A stretch of 47,435 nucleotides of DNA from an uncultured Pseudomonadales bacterium (GCA_947258415.1 CAMYIF010000005.1:1-47435), one strand, 5' to 3'; positions 13,202 to 24,393 are shown, numbered from the stretch's first letter. Numbers and translations: made by a program. The notes: generated by a model from the letters alone, not told the origin.

Positions 13202-14047
13202 GTGAAAACGCACGCCTTGCGAGACAACACTGCCAAAACCGGCACACAGGAAGATTCGACAAACACCTGGAGCTTATTTGGTGTAGAACTAACGAGCCGC
13301 TTTTTCATTGGTAGCGCGCTGTATCCTTCACCGGCAATCATGTGTGATTCGATTCGTGCCAGCGGCGCGTCGGTGGTCACCGTTTCCCTTCGCCGACAGG
13401 CACCAGAAAACAAGGGGGGGAACAAATTCTGGCAAATGATCAGAGACCTGGATTGTTCCCTGCTGCCTAATACCGCCGGCTGTCATACCACCCGGGAGGC
13501 TTTGGCCATGGCACAAATGTGCCGCGAGATTTTCCAGACCGACTGGATAAAACTGGAGCTCATCGGCGATGACTACAACCTGCAACCGGATCCCATCGAG
13601 CTGGTTAAGGCGGCAGACTGCCTGGTAAAAGCGGGCTTTAAAGTCTTTCCCTATTGCACCGACGACCTGGTCATTTGCCGCCACCTGGTTGAAGCCGGAT
13701 GCGAAGTGTTGATGCCCTGGGGTTCGCCTATCGGAACCGGGAAGGGACTCGTTAACCAGTACGCTCTAACCAGTATTCGCCAACGATTTCCCGATATCCC
13801 GATGCTGGTTGACGCAGGTATAGGCACGCCATCTCACGCCTGCCAGGCCATGGAAATCGGTTACGACGGTGTGCTGCTTAATTCTGCAGTAGCCCAGGCC
13901 CGAGATCCGGTATTGATGGCCAGGGCTTTCGCCAACGCTATAAATGCCGGGCGACAGGGCTACCTGGCAGGACGCATGTCCGAAAAAAATACCGCGTCGG
14001 CTTCAACACCGACGCTAGGAACGCCTTTCTGGCATCAGGATAATTAA
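13202..14047 (+). CDS. thiG: Thiazole synthase
   Basis: [28 protein letters not shown]. Confidence 0.97.
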   Translation: MKTHALRDNTAKTGTQEDSTNTWSLFGVELTSRFFIGSALYPSPAIMCDSIRASGASVVTVSLRRQAPENKGGNKFWQMIRDLDCSLLPNTAGCHTTREALAMAQMCREIFQTDWIKLELIGDDYNLQPDPIELVKAADCLVKAGFKVFPYCTDDLVICRHLVEAGCEVLMPWGSPIGTGKGLVNQYALTSIRQRFPDIPMLVDAGIGTPSHACQAMEIGYDGVLLNSAVAQARDPVLMARAFANAINAGRQGYLAGRMSEKNTASASTPTLGTPFWHQDN

Positions 14048-14076
14048 CGTCTGTTAACTCAAGGCATCAAACAACA

Positions 14077-15588
14077 ATGAACTCTTCCAATCGGGCTCCA
14101 AAGCGGCAAGACAGCCGGGCTATCGTCTGGACTGTTGCCGGTTCAGATAGCAGTGGAGGCGCAGGCATCCAGGCAGACCTGTTATCGATCACCGACATGG
14201 GTAGTTATGCCTGCACTGTCATCAGTGCCGTGACCAGTCAGAACTCGTTGGGCGTAAATAAAATAGAAGCAACAGATATTGATACCCAACTCTCTGCCCT
14301 GGCATCCGATATGCCGGCACGAGCAATAAAAATCGGCATGCTGGCCAACGATCAGCAGGTCAGCAGTCTTGCCGAGGCGCTAACGACTTACAAACAATCC
14401 TGGGAGCGACCACCGGTTGTGGTTTACGATCCGGTTTTATTCTCATCCAGCGGTGAACCTTTGTCCGATGAAGACATTCGTGACAGCATCAAGCAAAGGT
14501 TGTTGCCCTGTGTTGACGTGCTTACACCGAATACGACCGAAGCCGCTTCGCTGACCGGTGTTGAAATTACCGATCAGCGATCACTGGAGACTGCCGCACA
14601 AAAGTTAATCGGGTTCGGCTGTAAAGCGGTCGTCATCACGGGTGGGCACACGACCACCAGTACGGCGCGTGCGCGTGATTATTACACAGATGGCGAGCGC
14701 AGTATCCAGCTCGATAGCCCTTACCTGGACATCTTCAACAACCATGGCACGGGTTGCGTGTTTGCCTCTGCCCTGGCCGCCTGCATGGCCCAGAATTACC
14801 CGGTAGAAGACGCGCTGGTACTGGCAAAAGCCTACGTTACCCGCGGTCTGAAAAAGGCAACGCGGGTTGGCGCAGGACCTGGACCCGTTGCCCACACCGG
14901 TTGGCCGCGCCTGCTTGAAGATTTTCCCGAGGTCGACGGCGGTCGGCGTATTGACCAGGCATTTGCATCCTGCGAAACCCGAACGCTGAATCTTTATCCG
15001 GTAGTAGACAGTTCGGCATGGATTGAAAAGCTTCTTTCTTCGGGTATTAAAACCATACAACTACGCATCAAGGACGCTTCCGAAGACCAGCTCAACAGCG
15101 AAATCGCCAAGGCGGTTGCCTCCGGGCGTCGCCACCAGGCGCGTGTTTTTATTAATGACCATTGGCAGTTGGCTTTAAAGCACGAAGCATACGGGGTTCA
15201 TTTGGGGCAGGAAGACATCAGTAAAGCCAACCTCAAGCGCATCCAGGCTGCCGGGTTACGACTCGGTATCAGTAGTCATGGTTATTATGAAATGTTGCGC
15301 GCGCACAACTACCATCCCAGTTATATCGCCATCGGCGCTATTTATCACACCTCAACCAAAAGCATGCCCAGTAAACCGCAAGGGGTCATTCGCCTCAAAC
15401 GTTACGTTGATTTTATGGGTAAGCACTATCCCCTGGTCGCTATCGGCGGCATTTCGTTGAAACGGGCGCCCAGGGTCTGGCAACAAAAACCGGGTAGCAT
15501 AGCAGTCGTTACGGCAATTACCGAGGCACCGGATTATCAGCATGCGGTCAAGGAATTTTTCAAGATTACGGGCGAACCCGGCACTTAA
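14077..15588 (+). CDS. thiDE: Fused HMP/HMP-P kinase (ThiD) and thiamine-phosphate synthase (ThiE)
   Basis: N-terminal AGSDSSGGAGIQAD...HGTGC; C-terminal IQLRIK, FINDHW, GVHLGQED, VAIGGI. Confidence 0.93.
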   Translation: MNSSNRAPKRQDSRAIVWTVAGSDSSGGAGIQADLLSITDMGSYACTVISAVTSQNSLGVNKIEATDIDTQLSALASDMPARAIKIGMLANDQQVSSLAEALTTYKQSWERPPVVVYDPVLFSSSGEPLSDEDIRDSIKQRLLPCVDVLTPNTTEAASLTGVEITDQRSLETAAQKLIGFGCKAVVITGGHTTTSTARARDYYTDGERSIQLDSPYLDIFNNHGTGCVFASALAACMAQNYPVEDALVLAKAYVTRGLKKATRVGAGPGPVAHTGWPRLLEDFPEVDGGRRIDQAFASCETRTLNLYPVVDSSAWIEKLLSSGIKTIQLRIKDASEDQLNSEIAKAVASGRRHQARVFINDHWQLALKHEAYGVHLGQEDISKANLKRIQAAGLRLGISSHGYYEMLRAHNYHPSYIAIGAIYHTSTKSMPSKPQGVIRLKRYVDFMGKHYPLVAIGGISLKRAPRVWQQKPGSIAVVTAITEAPDYQHAVKEFFKITGEPGT

Positions 15589-15590
15589 CC

Positions 15591-16370
15591 ATGTTTAGCG
15601 ACGACGAACTGCTGCGTTACAGCCGTCATTTGCTTTTGGACAAGGTCAGTTTCGAAGGCCAGAGCAACTTTAAAAAGGCACGGATTCTCGTCGTCGGCGT
15701 CGGCGGCCTCGGCTGCCCGGCAGCGCTCTACCTGGCATCGGCCGGCATTGGCACACTGGTGCTGGCAGATGGTGACGAACTGGAACTGACTAACCTGCAA
15801 CGCCAGATTTTGTACCGTACCGACCAGCTAAACCGGCAAAAATCGGACGCCGCCCGTGAAACGCTGACCGCGCTTAATCCGGAAATTGAAATACAGGCTT
15901 TATCAAGAAAACTGGATGAAGACGATTTACCGGGTCTGGTCAAATCAATGGATATCATCCTTGATTGCACCGACAACCTGGATAGCCGTTACGCCATTAA
16001 CCGGGCCTGCGTTATCCATAAAAAACCGCACCTTGTCGGTGCCGCGATCGGCCTTGAAGGGCATTTCATTTATTTCGACCACAGCAATAACCAGTCTCCC
16101 TGTTACCAGTGCCTGGTCACTGATAACGGCAGTCGGCCCGATGCCAACTGTCACAACAGCGGTGTTCTCGGACCGGTACTTGGTGTTATCGGCAGCCTGC
16201 AGGCCCTGACGGCATTGAAACTGCTTGCCGGGCTGGAATGCACCCCGAACCGGCTGCTGCGTTTTGAAGCAGAAACTCTGGCATGTCGTCAATATGCAAT
16301 ACCGCAGGACCCCCAGTGTCCGGTTTGCCGGCATCCCGATTTTTATCAAAACAAGCCTTCTCGGGATTAG
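15591..16370 (+). CDS. thiF: ThiF/MoeB family sulfur-carrier adenylyltransferase
   Basis: RYSRH, VGVGGLG, TNLQRQ, DCTDN, CYQC and CPVC zinc motifs; last gene of the thi operon. Confidence 0.88.
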   Translation: MFSDDELLRYSRHLLLDKVSFEGQSNFKKARILVVGVGGLGCPAALYLASAGIGTLVLADGDELELTNLQRQILYRTDQLNRQKSDAARETLTALNPEIEIQALSRKLDEDDLPGLVKSMDIILDCTDNLDSRYAINRACVIHKKPHLVGAAIGLEGHFIYFDHSNNQSPCYQCLVTDNGSRPDANCHNSGVLGPVLGVIGSLQALTALKLLAGLECTPNRLLRFEAETLACRQYAIPQDPQCPVCRHPDFYQNKPSRD

Positions 16371-17116
16371 CCGGATAACTCACGACTTGACGCCGGACGA
16401 TACTCGTCGACCCATATTTTGGTAGCACCGGCAACGGCCGCCGGCATAACAACCAGGTTGAATACCGGGATCATGGTTGCACCCAGGGTGATCAAGCCAA
16501 ATCCCAGGGGTGTGATGCGCCTTTCTTTCAGCTGTGAAATCATACCAGGGAAATCTACGCGGCTGTTATCCATCGGGTAATCAAAATACTGGATCGACAT
16601 CATCCAGCCTCCAAATAAAAGCCATACAAACGGCATAACCAGATTAACTACAGGAATAAAACTGAGAATAAACAGCAATATTACCCGCGGCAGGTAGTAG
16701 ACGAGTTTTCTCATCTCCCGGCCAAGGCTATGAATAACCTCTGCCACAATCGGGCGCGAAGCCTGTGAAGGATTTTCGCCCGTCAAGTAGCGGTGCACCG
16801 CTTCAGAAAGGAAACCGTTAAAAGGCGCGGCAATAAAATTTGCCACGATGCTGAAGCTAAAGGCCACTACCAGGGTAATGATAATGTAAAATATTGCCCA
16901 CAGGAGCCAATCAAGAAAATCCAGCCAGTCCGGTAAAAAGTCCTGCACGGCGACGGCCCAGCCGCTGAATTCGCGGTAGGCAAAATAGATGAGAAACGAA
17001 AAGATCACTATATTGATCGATAAAGGAATGAGCAGATAAAGGCGGATACCGGGTTTCATCACTAGTCCAAACCCGGAAACAAAGCCATTAATGCCGGTAA
17101 AAATATTGCCTCGCAT
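16367..17116 (-). CDS. cysZ: Sulfate transporter CysZ
   Basis: IAAPFNGFLSE, QYFDYPMDN, MPAAVAGAT; start at ATG 17116. Confidence 0.92.
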   Translation of the reverse strand: MRGNIFTGINGFVSGFGLVMKPGIRLYLLIPLSINIVIFSFLIYFAYREFSGWAVAVQDFLPDWLDFLDWLLWAIFYIIITLVVAFSFSIVANFIAAPFNGFLSEAVHRYLTGENPSQASRPIVAEVIHSLGREMRKLVYYLPRVILLFILSFIPVVNLVMPFVWLLFGGWMMSIQYFDYPMDNSRVDFPGMISQLKERRITPLGFGLITLGATMIPVFNLVVMPAAVAGATKIWVDEYRPASSRELSG

Positions 17117-17266
17117 GGTTAATTTTCCAAAATTAGTGTCAATTCGATACCTTTCGATTCTACGACTATTGCCCAAATAACAGGCCGTTTAGTGCATCAA
17201 GAATACAGGTTTCCACGGGTCAATGGAACGCGCCTGGACGACAGGTGATCACCGATAAACAGGCAC

Positions 17267-17290
17267 AAAAAAGGGGCTCGCAAGCCCCTT
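17267..17290 (-). terminator. Intrinsic terminator of glnK-amtB-glnK
   Basis: AAGGGGCT-cgca-AGCCCCTT hairpin followed by a U-tract on the minus strand just after the glnK stop. Confidence 0.85.
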
Positions 17291-17308
17291 CGTTAATTGC
17301 GCCAAAGA

Positions 17309-17659
<351 letters not shown>

Positions 17660-17777
17660 TCAAGCGTGCAAGTGGTCAATACTACTTACCTTCGTGCACC
17701 TAAACAACCCTGCTAACAGTGCAAGATCAATTCCTCCAAAATCGCGCTGATCACACTGCATGAATGAGCCATAAATT

Positions 17778-19037
17778 TTATTGCTGGGTAAATTCAGGGT
17801 AGGCTTCGACACCGCATTCTGAAATATCGATACCCTCGTATTCGGCTTCCTCGCTAACCCGGATACCAAAAGCGGCTTTCAGGATAGCCCAGACGATCAG
17901 GCTCATGCCGAATACCCAGGCGAAGATTACGCCGATGCCCATTAACTGGGCCATCAATGAAGCGTCTGAATTGGTAAAACATACGGCTATAAGCCCCCAT
18001 ATACCAACTACACCGTGTACCGAAATCGCTCCCACCGGGTCATCAATTTTCAACTTGTCCAGGCTGACGATGGAGAACACCACCAGCAAGCCGCCGAGGC
18101 CGCCAATCAGTGTAGCCTGGCCGGCGGTGGGTGTCAGCGGTTCAGCTGTGATGGCTACCAGGCCAGCCAGGGCACCGTTCAGGGCCATGGTTAAATCGGC
18201 CTTGCCGTACATTAATCGCGCGATAGTCAGCGCTGCCAATAATCCGCCGCAGGCGGCAGCATTGGTGTTGACAAAGATCTGGGCGACCGCGTTGGCCTCG
18301 CTGATATTGGAAACGATTAACTCGGAGCCGCCATTAAACCCGAACCAGCCCATCCATAAAATAAAGGTTCCCAGTGTTGCCAGCGGCAGGTTGGCGCCAG
18401 GTATCGCGTTGATTTGCCCCTGTTTACCGTACTTGCCCTTGCGAGCACCCAGTAACAGCACACCCGCCAATGCACCGGCTGCACCGGTCATGTGCACCAC
18501 ACCGGACCCGGCGAAATCGAGAAAACCAGCTTCGTTCAGGAACCCGCCGCCCCATTTCCACATACCTTGCATGGGGTAAATAAAGCCGGTCATGACCACC
18601 GCGAAGGCCAGGAAAGTCCAGAGTTTCATCCGTTCAGCCACAGCGCCGGAAACGATTGACATGGCCGTAGCCACGAATACAACCTGGAAGAAAAAGTCGG
18701 ATGACCCCGAATAGTAGGAATAGTTATCAGGATCAGCGGCGGCGGCGGCCAACACACTTTCCGTGGTATTGTCGGCACCCAGAAGGCCAAACCATGCATC
18801 GGGCAAGACGCCCCCTTCGGACCCACCGTACATAATACTGTAACCACACAGCAGGTACATTGTGCAGGAAATGGCGTAAAGCGCGACATTCTTGGTTAAT
18901 ATTTCCGTGGTATTTTTGGACCGGACCAGCCCCGCTTCCAGCATGGAGAACCCCGCGGCCATCCACATTACCAGTGCACCACAAATTAAAAAATAAAATG
19001 TATCCAGCGCATATTTAATTTGAATTATATCTTCCAC
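17778..19037 (-). CDS. amtB: Ammonium transporter
   Basis: DFAGSGVVH, WFGFNGGS, DDPVGAISVHG twin-His motifs; flanked by P-II genes. Confidence 0.96.
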   Translation of the reverse strand: MEDIIQIKYALDTFYFLICGALVMWMAAGFSMLEAGLVRSKNTTEILTKNVALYAISCTMYLLCGYSIMYGGSEGGVLPDAWFGLLGADNTTESVLAAAAADPDNYSYYSGSSDFFFQVVFVATAMSIVSGAVAERMKLWTFLAFAVVMTGFIYPMQGMWKWGGGFLNEAGFLDFAGSGVVHMTGAAGALAGVLLLGARKGKYGKQGQINAIPGANLPLATLGTFILWMGWFGFNGGSELIVSNISEANAVAQIFVNTNAAACGGLLAALTIARLMYGKADLTMALNGALAGLVAITAEPLTPTAGQATLIGGLGGLLVVFSIVSLDKLKIDDPVGAISVHGVVGIWGLIAVCFTNSDASLMAQLMGIGVIFAWVFGMSLIVWAILKAAFGIRVSEEAEYEGIDISECGVEAYPEFTQQ

Positions 19038-19127
19038 AAATCCTTCCTCTTTTCTATTGGTTCAAGCAAACAAGTGGGCAATCTTGCCCCAATGCTGTTC
19101 ATCTTTGATGCAATTGCACTCTACATC

Positions 19128-19469
<342 letters not shown>

Positions 19470-19572
19470 TTACCTCATTATTTCTGTCGTTACCCGGAGG
19501 ATCCTGACGGGATCTTCCAATAGCCGGCATCAAACCCGGTTAGATTGAATCGAATCACTACAAGCTGGCTAA

Positions 19573-19589
19573 TGCACATGGCAGGCCAA
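19573..19589 (-). promoter_or_regulatory. Sigma54 -24/-12 promoter of glnK-amtB
   Basis: Minus strand TTGGCCTGCCATGTGCA = GG-N10-GC, upstream of glnK and downstream of NtrC-like sites. Confidence 0.85.
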
Positions 19590-19651
19590 CTTATTATTCT
19601 TTATAATATTCAATGTGTTAGGTTAAACCTGATGAATAGCGACATCCTGTT

Positions 19652-19699
19652 TGCACCAATTATGTGCGCGTTAAAGCCGCATATAGCCAAGATGGTGCG
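19652..19699. promoter_or_regulatory. Two NtrC-like binding sites
   Basis: TGCACCAATTATGTGCG (19652-19668) and ATAGCCAAGATGGTGCG (19683-19699) resemble TGCACC-N5-GGTGCA, upstream of the sigma54 site. Confidence 0.75.
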
Positions 19700-19792
19700 T
19701 TAAACATGGCGCCCTGGTTTTTAAACCGTAGTTTGTTCATTCATAGTCGTGTTACTATGCAGCGAAAGAGCGGATTTATTCGAGAACAGCGC

Positions 19793-20041
19793 ATGCTTAA
19801 CCCTGAAATAATCACGCAAATCGGCAAACAACTGATCGACGTGTTGCCCGAAAGCGCCAAAACTGCCCAGCAAGACCTGGATAAAAACATCCGTGCGGTT
19901 TTACAAAGTGCGTTTTCCAAACTCGACCTGGTTACCCGGGACGAACTCGATGCACAGTTGGCGGTTTTGCGACGGACCCGCAGTAAACTGGAAAGGCTGG
20001 AGAAAAAAGTAAGCGCACTCGAGCAACAAACAAAAGACTGA
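19793..20041 (+). CDS. ubiK: Ubiquinone biosynthesis accessory factor UbiK (YqiC/BMFP family)
   Basis: KLDLVTRDELDAQLAVLRRTRSKLERLEKKV; conserved position between glnK and comM. Confidence 0.9.
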   Translation: MLNPEIITQIGKQLIDVLPESAKTAQQDLDKNIRAVLQSAFSKLDLVTRDELDAQLAVLRRTRSKLERLEKKVSALEQQTKD

Positions 20042-20088
20042 CGGTCTTTATACCCACAACACAAAGACACATTTCCAGGGAAGGAAAT

Positions 20089-21603
20089 ATGAGCTTAGCC
20101 ATTATTTATTCGCGGGCAAAATACGGAATAGATGCCCCTCTGGTCACCGTAGAGACTCATTTATCGAACGGCTTGCCGAGTGTGTCCATTGTCGGCTTGC
20201 CAGAGGCCGCCGTTAAAGAAAGCAAGGATCGGGTGCGCAGCGCGATAATCAATTCGCACTTCGAATTTCCTGCGCGGCGCATCACTATCAACCTGGCGCC
20301 GGCCGATTTGCCCAAGGAAAGCGGGCGTTTTGACCTGGCAATAGCAATCAGTATTCTGGCAGCCTCTGGCCAAATCTCGAACAAACAACTCGAAAATTAC
20401 GAATTTTTGGGAGAACTTGCGCTTACCGGAAGTCTTCGGAAGGTTCAAAGCGCTTTACCTGCATCACTGCAATGCGCCAGCGAGCAACGGGTTTTGTTTA
20501 TCCCGAAAATGAACGCCAGCGAGGCCAGCCTGCCGGAAAAGGCGCGCGTGTTGGCGGTTAGTCATTTGCTCGATGTTTGCGCGCACCTTGACGGCCGGCA
20601 AACGCTCGAAGATTTTCATCCCTGCATGGAGTCTTCTCCGGCAGTCAGCAATCTCGACCTGAATGAAATAAAGGGACAATTCCAGGCAAAACGCGCGCTG
20701 GAAATTACCGCTGCGGGTGGCCACAACCTGCTGCTTATCGGACCCCCCGGCACGGGTAAAACAATGATCGCGTCCAGGCTACCAACCATTCTTCCAGAGT
20801 TGTCAGAAAAAGCAGCGATGGAGGTGGCAACAATAGGTTCCTTAACCAACCGGGTATTTTGTCCGTCTAACTGGCGGACACCGCCGTTCAGGTCCCCGCA
20901 TCACACTGCCTCGGCAGTTTCACTGGTCGGTGGTGGCAGCAACCCGAAACCCGGAGAAATTTCGCTGGCACACAATGGTGTCCTGTTCCTGGATGAACTG
21001 CCCGAATTTGATCGCAAGGTCCTTGAAGTGCTACGCGAGCCCATTGAAGCCGGTGAAATTATTATTTCTCGCGCAAATCACCAGGCAAGGTTTCCGGCCA
21101 GGTTCCAACTGATTACCGCCATGAACCCGTGCCCGTGCGGTTACCTTGGCGACGCGAAAAGCAGTTGCCGTTGTACCCCTGACAAGATCAGGCGTTACCG
21201 GCAACGCATTTCGGGTCCATTGCTCGACCGCATCGACATGCACCTGGAGGTGATGACAAATACCCGGGAATTATTAACCGATGGCATGGACCTGGAAGCA
21301 TCAAGCGCTGTGGTAAAAAGTAGAGTAATCGATGCCCGGCAAAGGCAAATCGAACGCCAGGACTGCATTAACAGCGATTTGACCATCAAGGAGATTGAAA
21401 GGGTCTGCAAACTTGGCGCGGAAGATACCGATCTGCTGAGGCAGGCAATCGATAAACTTAACCTTTCAGCCCGGGCGTATCACCGAGTACTCAAAGTCGC
21501 TCGTAGCATTGCCGATTTAGCCAACTCTGAGCTGATAAAAAGCATTCATTTAATGGAAGCTTTAGGCTATCGGAAAATGGACAGGATGAACGATTATTAC
21601 TAG
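20089..21603 (+). CDS. comM: YifB/ComM Mg-chelatase-like AAA+ ATPase
   Basis: IVGLPEAAVKESKDRVR, GPPGTGKT, PFRSPHH, LFLDELPEF, ISGPLLDRID. Confidence 0.95.
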   Translation: MSLAIIYSRAKYGIDAPLVTVETHLSNGLPSVSIVGLPEAAVKESKDRVRSAIINSHFEFPARRITINLAPADLPKESGRFDLAIAISILAASGQISNKQLENYEFLGELALTGSLRKVQSALPASLQCASEQRVLFIPKMNASEASLPEKARVLAVSHLLDVCAHLDGRQTLEDFHPCMESSPAVSNLDLNEIKGQFQAKRALEITAAGGHNLLLIGPPGTGKTMIASRLPTILPELSEKAAMEVATIGSLTNRVFCPSNWRTPPFRSPHHTASAVSLVGGGSNPKPGEISLAHNGVLFLDELPEFDRKVLEVLREPIEAGEIIISRANHQARFPARFQLITAMNPCPCGYLGDAKSSCRCTPDKIRRYRQRISGPLLDRIDMHLEVMTNTRELLTDGMDLEASSAVVKSRVIDARQRQIERQDCINSDLTIKEIERVCKLGAEDTDLLRQAIDKLNLSARAYHRVLKVARSIADLANSELIKSIHLMEALGYRKMDRMNDYY

Positions 21604-23348
21604 CCGGTTACCGGCTGGATCTGTGCCTGCATTTTTTCTTTTTGCTTTAACAGGCTCTTGCAAATATTACTGAATGGAATGGCCTCCTGGTAAAAATAAC
21701 CCTGCACCTGGTCGCAATCGTTTTCACGAAGCAGGGCCAATTGCTGTAAATTTTCTACGCCCTCCGCAATCACATGCATGCCCAGGTTATGTGCCAGGTT
21801 AATAATGGCTTTGACAATCACGGCATCACCCGCCTCATTGACGGCATTCTGGACAAAACTTTTGTCTACTTTTAGCGCAGTAATCGGCAGGCCTTGAAGA
21901 TGGGCAAACGATGAATACCCCGTGCCAAAATCATCCAGCGAAAAGTGCACACCCAGGTTACTCAAATCGTCCATACAGCGACGCGTTTCTCCTTCGCTGG
22001 CCATCACCGCCGTTTCTGTTAACTCGAATTCGAGGAAGCGGGCGTCAACCTGGGTTTTTTTAATTATCCTGGAAACTGTTTCTTTTAATTTTTTGTCCTG
22101 GAACTGGCGAAAAGATAGATTGACGGCGATTCGTACGAAAAAGCCCTGGTCCTGCAAATATTTAAGGCCCAGGCAAGCTTGATGAATCACCCAGTAACCC
22201 ATGGAAACAATTAACCCCGACTCCTCTGCCAGCGGGATAAATTCGTCAGGCGTCAACATACCCCGGTCCGGGTGCTGCCAACGTATTAAACCTTCCATGC
22301 CGACAATTTCGCCACTGTCTATATCTACCCGCGGCTGAAATAACAGGCGAAACTCGTTGCGTCTCAGGGCACGCCTGAACTCGGCCTCCATAACCAGTTG
22401 ATTGGACGCATTCGTGCTTAATTCACGCGAATAAAAACAAAAACTCGATCCCTGCTCTTTTTTTGCCTGGCTGACAGCAAGGTTAGCTGCCCGCATCAGT
22501 GCTTCAGCGTTCTGGCCACTGGTCGGGTAAAAAGCGATGCCGATACTGCTGGTTAAATATACCTGGTCACCGGGCACGGTGTAGGGTTTACCAAGCTCGT
22601 CGCTAATCTGGTGCACCATCCTCAGGACATCTGACTCTTCCATCACACCTTCGAGAATAATGGCAAACTCATCACCGCTATTACGCGCCAGGCTGTCACT
22701 TTTTCGAATACAGGATTGCACCCGATCGGCCGCAGTCCGGATCACTATGTCACCGGCTTCACGCCCGTAAGTATCATTGACTCCCTTGAATTTATCCAGA
22801 TTCAAGGCAAGCAAAACTACTTTTTGTCGCGATCGTTCCGCCCTTTGTAACGCATGGGTAAGGCGATCATTGAACAGTGTCCGGTTGACCAGGCCCGTCA
22901 GGGCATCGTAATGATCGTGATAATCGAGTTTGACTTGCGCGTCTTTTAACTGCAGGACATAGCGCAGGGAGCGCTCGAGCGAGATAACATCCAGTGAACC
23001 CTTATCGAGGTAATCGGCAGCACCTGCCTTGATCAACGAAGAACCCAGGGCAGCGTCCATGTCAGAGCTGACAATAATAATTTGCGCCGAGGGGTTAAGT
23101 GATTTAACTTCGCTGAAAAAATCCGTATCGCCTTCAGTACCCAGGTAGTACTCGGTAATAATTATATCGTACGGCTGACTGCTCAATTTTCTGAGTGCCT
23201 TGCCAACGGTGCGACACCAGGTCAGCTTGTGGGTGAGGCCGTCAATCTGGCGGAGAGTATAATCCAGATGCAGTTTCTCGGAGTGCTGCTCGTTGACAAG
23301 TAAAATGCGAACCTGGTCGCCCTGTAAACACTGCTCTAGTAAGCCCAT
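21600..23348 (-). CDS. Receiver-like + GGDEF(SGDEF) + EAL protein, likely c-di-GMP phosphodiesterase
   Basis: N-terminal REC-like fold; DALTGLVNR, RNSGDEF; EGLIRW, ELTE, DDFGTGYSS, AEGVE. Confidence 0.9.
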   Translation of the reverse strand: MGLLEQCLQGDQVRILLVNEQHSEKLHLDYTLRQIDGLTHKLTWCRTVGKALRKLSSQPYDIIITEYYLGTEGDTDFFSEVKSLNPSAQIIIVSSDMDAALGSSLIKAGAADYLDKGSLDVISLERSLRYVLQLKDAQVKLDYHDHYDALTGLVNRTLFNDRLTHALQRAERSRQKVVLLALNLDKFKGVNDTYGREAGDIVIRTAADRVQSCIRKSDSLARNSGDEFAIILEGVMEESDVLRMVHQISDELGKPYTVPGDQVYLTSSIGIAFYPTSGQNAEALMRAANLAVSQAKKEQGSSFCFYSRELSTNASNQLVMEAEFRRALRRNEFRLLFQPRVDIDSGEIVGMEGLIRWQHPDRGMLTPDEFIPLAEESGLIVSMGYWVIHQACLGLKYLQDQGFFVRIAVNLSFRQFQDKKLKETVSRIIKKTQVDARFLEFELTETAVMASEGETRRCMDDLSNLGVHFSLDDFGTGYSSFAHLQGLPITALKVDKSFVQNAVNEAGDAVIVKAIINLAHNLGMHVIAEGVENLQQLALLRENDCDQVQGYFYQEAIPFSNICKSLLKQKEKMQAQIQPVTG

Positions 23349-23526
23349 ATGATTATTATCTTAGAGCGAGTAAATAGTCAGGTACAACTCTAATATTCAA
23401 GTAGATATTTTTAGAGGATGTAACGCTCGCTACCCATTAGAATTATCAATGTCAGGGTCGTTAATGATGCCCCCGCCAGACCAGAAGATAGACCAGGAAG
23501 ATTAGCTTTTTAACAAACCGGCTTTT

Positions 23527-23976
23527 TTATTTACTATTATCCAGCATATATTTGATAGCCGCCTTGATATCGTCATCCGAACAACTGGCGCATGTTCCAC
23601 GAGGGGGCATTGCACCTTTGCCGGCTATGGCGCTTTTCGTTAAGCCATCAAGCCCGGCACCACTTCTCGCTTTCCATGCTGCGGCGTCGCCAAACTTGGG
23701 CGCACCTGCTACACCGGTACCATGGCAACCAAAACAGCTTGCTTTATAAATATCTTCTCCGGAACGAGCAGCAGAACTTGCCGCCGGTGTAGAGGCAACT
23801 GCTATATTTCCACAATCCTTGCCTTCTACACAAACTTCACCTGCGGGTTTAATTCGATCAATGATTGCCTGATCCTGGCTCTCGGCAGAATTAACGGAAA
23901 CACCGGACAAGAGGCCAATAAAAAGTATCATTGTTAGGGAAATGAGTTTAATGCCATTAATTTTTATGCGATTCAC
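23527..23976 (-). CDS. Cytochrome c5
   Basis: Signal peptide, IDRIKPAGEV, CFGCH, GAMPPRGTCASC; start placed at GTG 23976 after GAGG. Confidence 0.9.
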   Translation of the reverse strand: MNRIKINGIKLISLTMILFIGLLSGVSVNSAESQDQAIIDRIKPAGEVCVEGKDCGNIAVASTPAASSAARSGEDIYKASCFGCHGTGVAGAPKFGDAAAWKARSGAGLDGLTKSAIAGKGAMPPRGTCASCSDDDIKAAIKYMLDNSK

Positions 23977-24364
23977 TACAACTACCTCGTTATAAATCAG
24001 ATGAAAATGTGCCATTGCAGGCACATTAACTTTTGAAAATTAATCAGGATATACCTGCGAGTATAACGATTATTGGCGTATTGGAAAATAAAAAGATGCC
24101 GGTTGTTTATTTTCAAATACTTTATGCATGCCCGGAATGAACTCTTTTGCATACTTTCAGGGTTAAAAATAATTCCTGGCTTCGGCTCGAAACCCTGATT
24201 GATATCGATATCTCCAATTAAATGAAACGGCACCGGGGCGGACGAATTCCAAAACTTTACAGCGAGCAATACCCTCGTTATCGCAGTGAATGCAGGCGAC
24301 TCGCCCAGTGATAATTATCGCCTGGCAGCACAGGCAGGCGATACCATCAGGCAAGGACTGTTGA

Positions 24365-24393
24365 TGGACTAAGCCGGGCAAGGTGCGTATTAT
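24365..24393 (+). promoter_or_regulatory. Putative sigma70 promoter of the tRNA pair
   Basis: TGGACT-N17-TATTAT ending 17 nt before the first tRNA. Confidence 0.6.

Noticed and set aside
17905-18579. 224-aa plus-strand ORF
   Set aside because: Antisense shadow of amtB with no recognisable motifs.
23478-23503. Short direct repeat GACCAG(G)AAGAT x2
   Set aside because: Only two imperfect adjacent copies with no spacers; not a CRISPR array and too short to interpret.
23997-24381. Small ORFs (90 aa, 72 aa) upstream of cytochrome c5
   Set aside because: Non-ATG starts, no clear RBS, no recognisable motifs.
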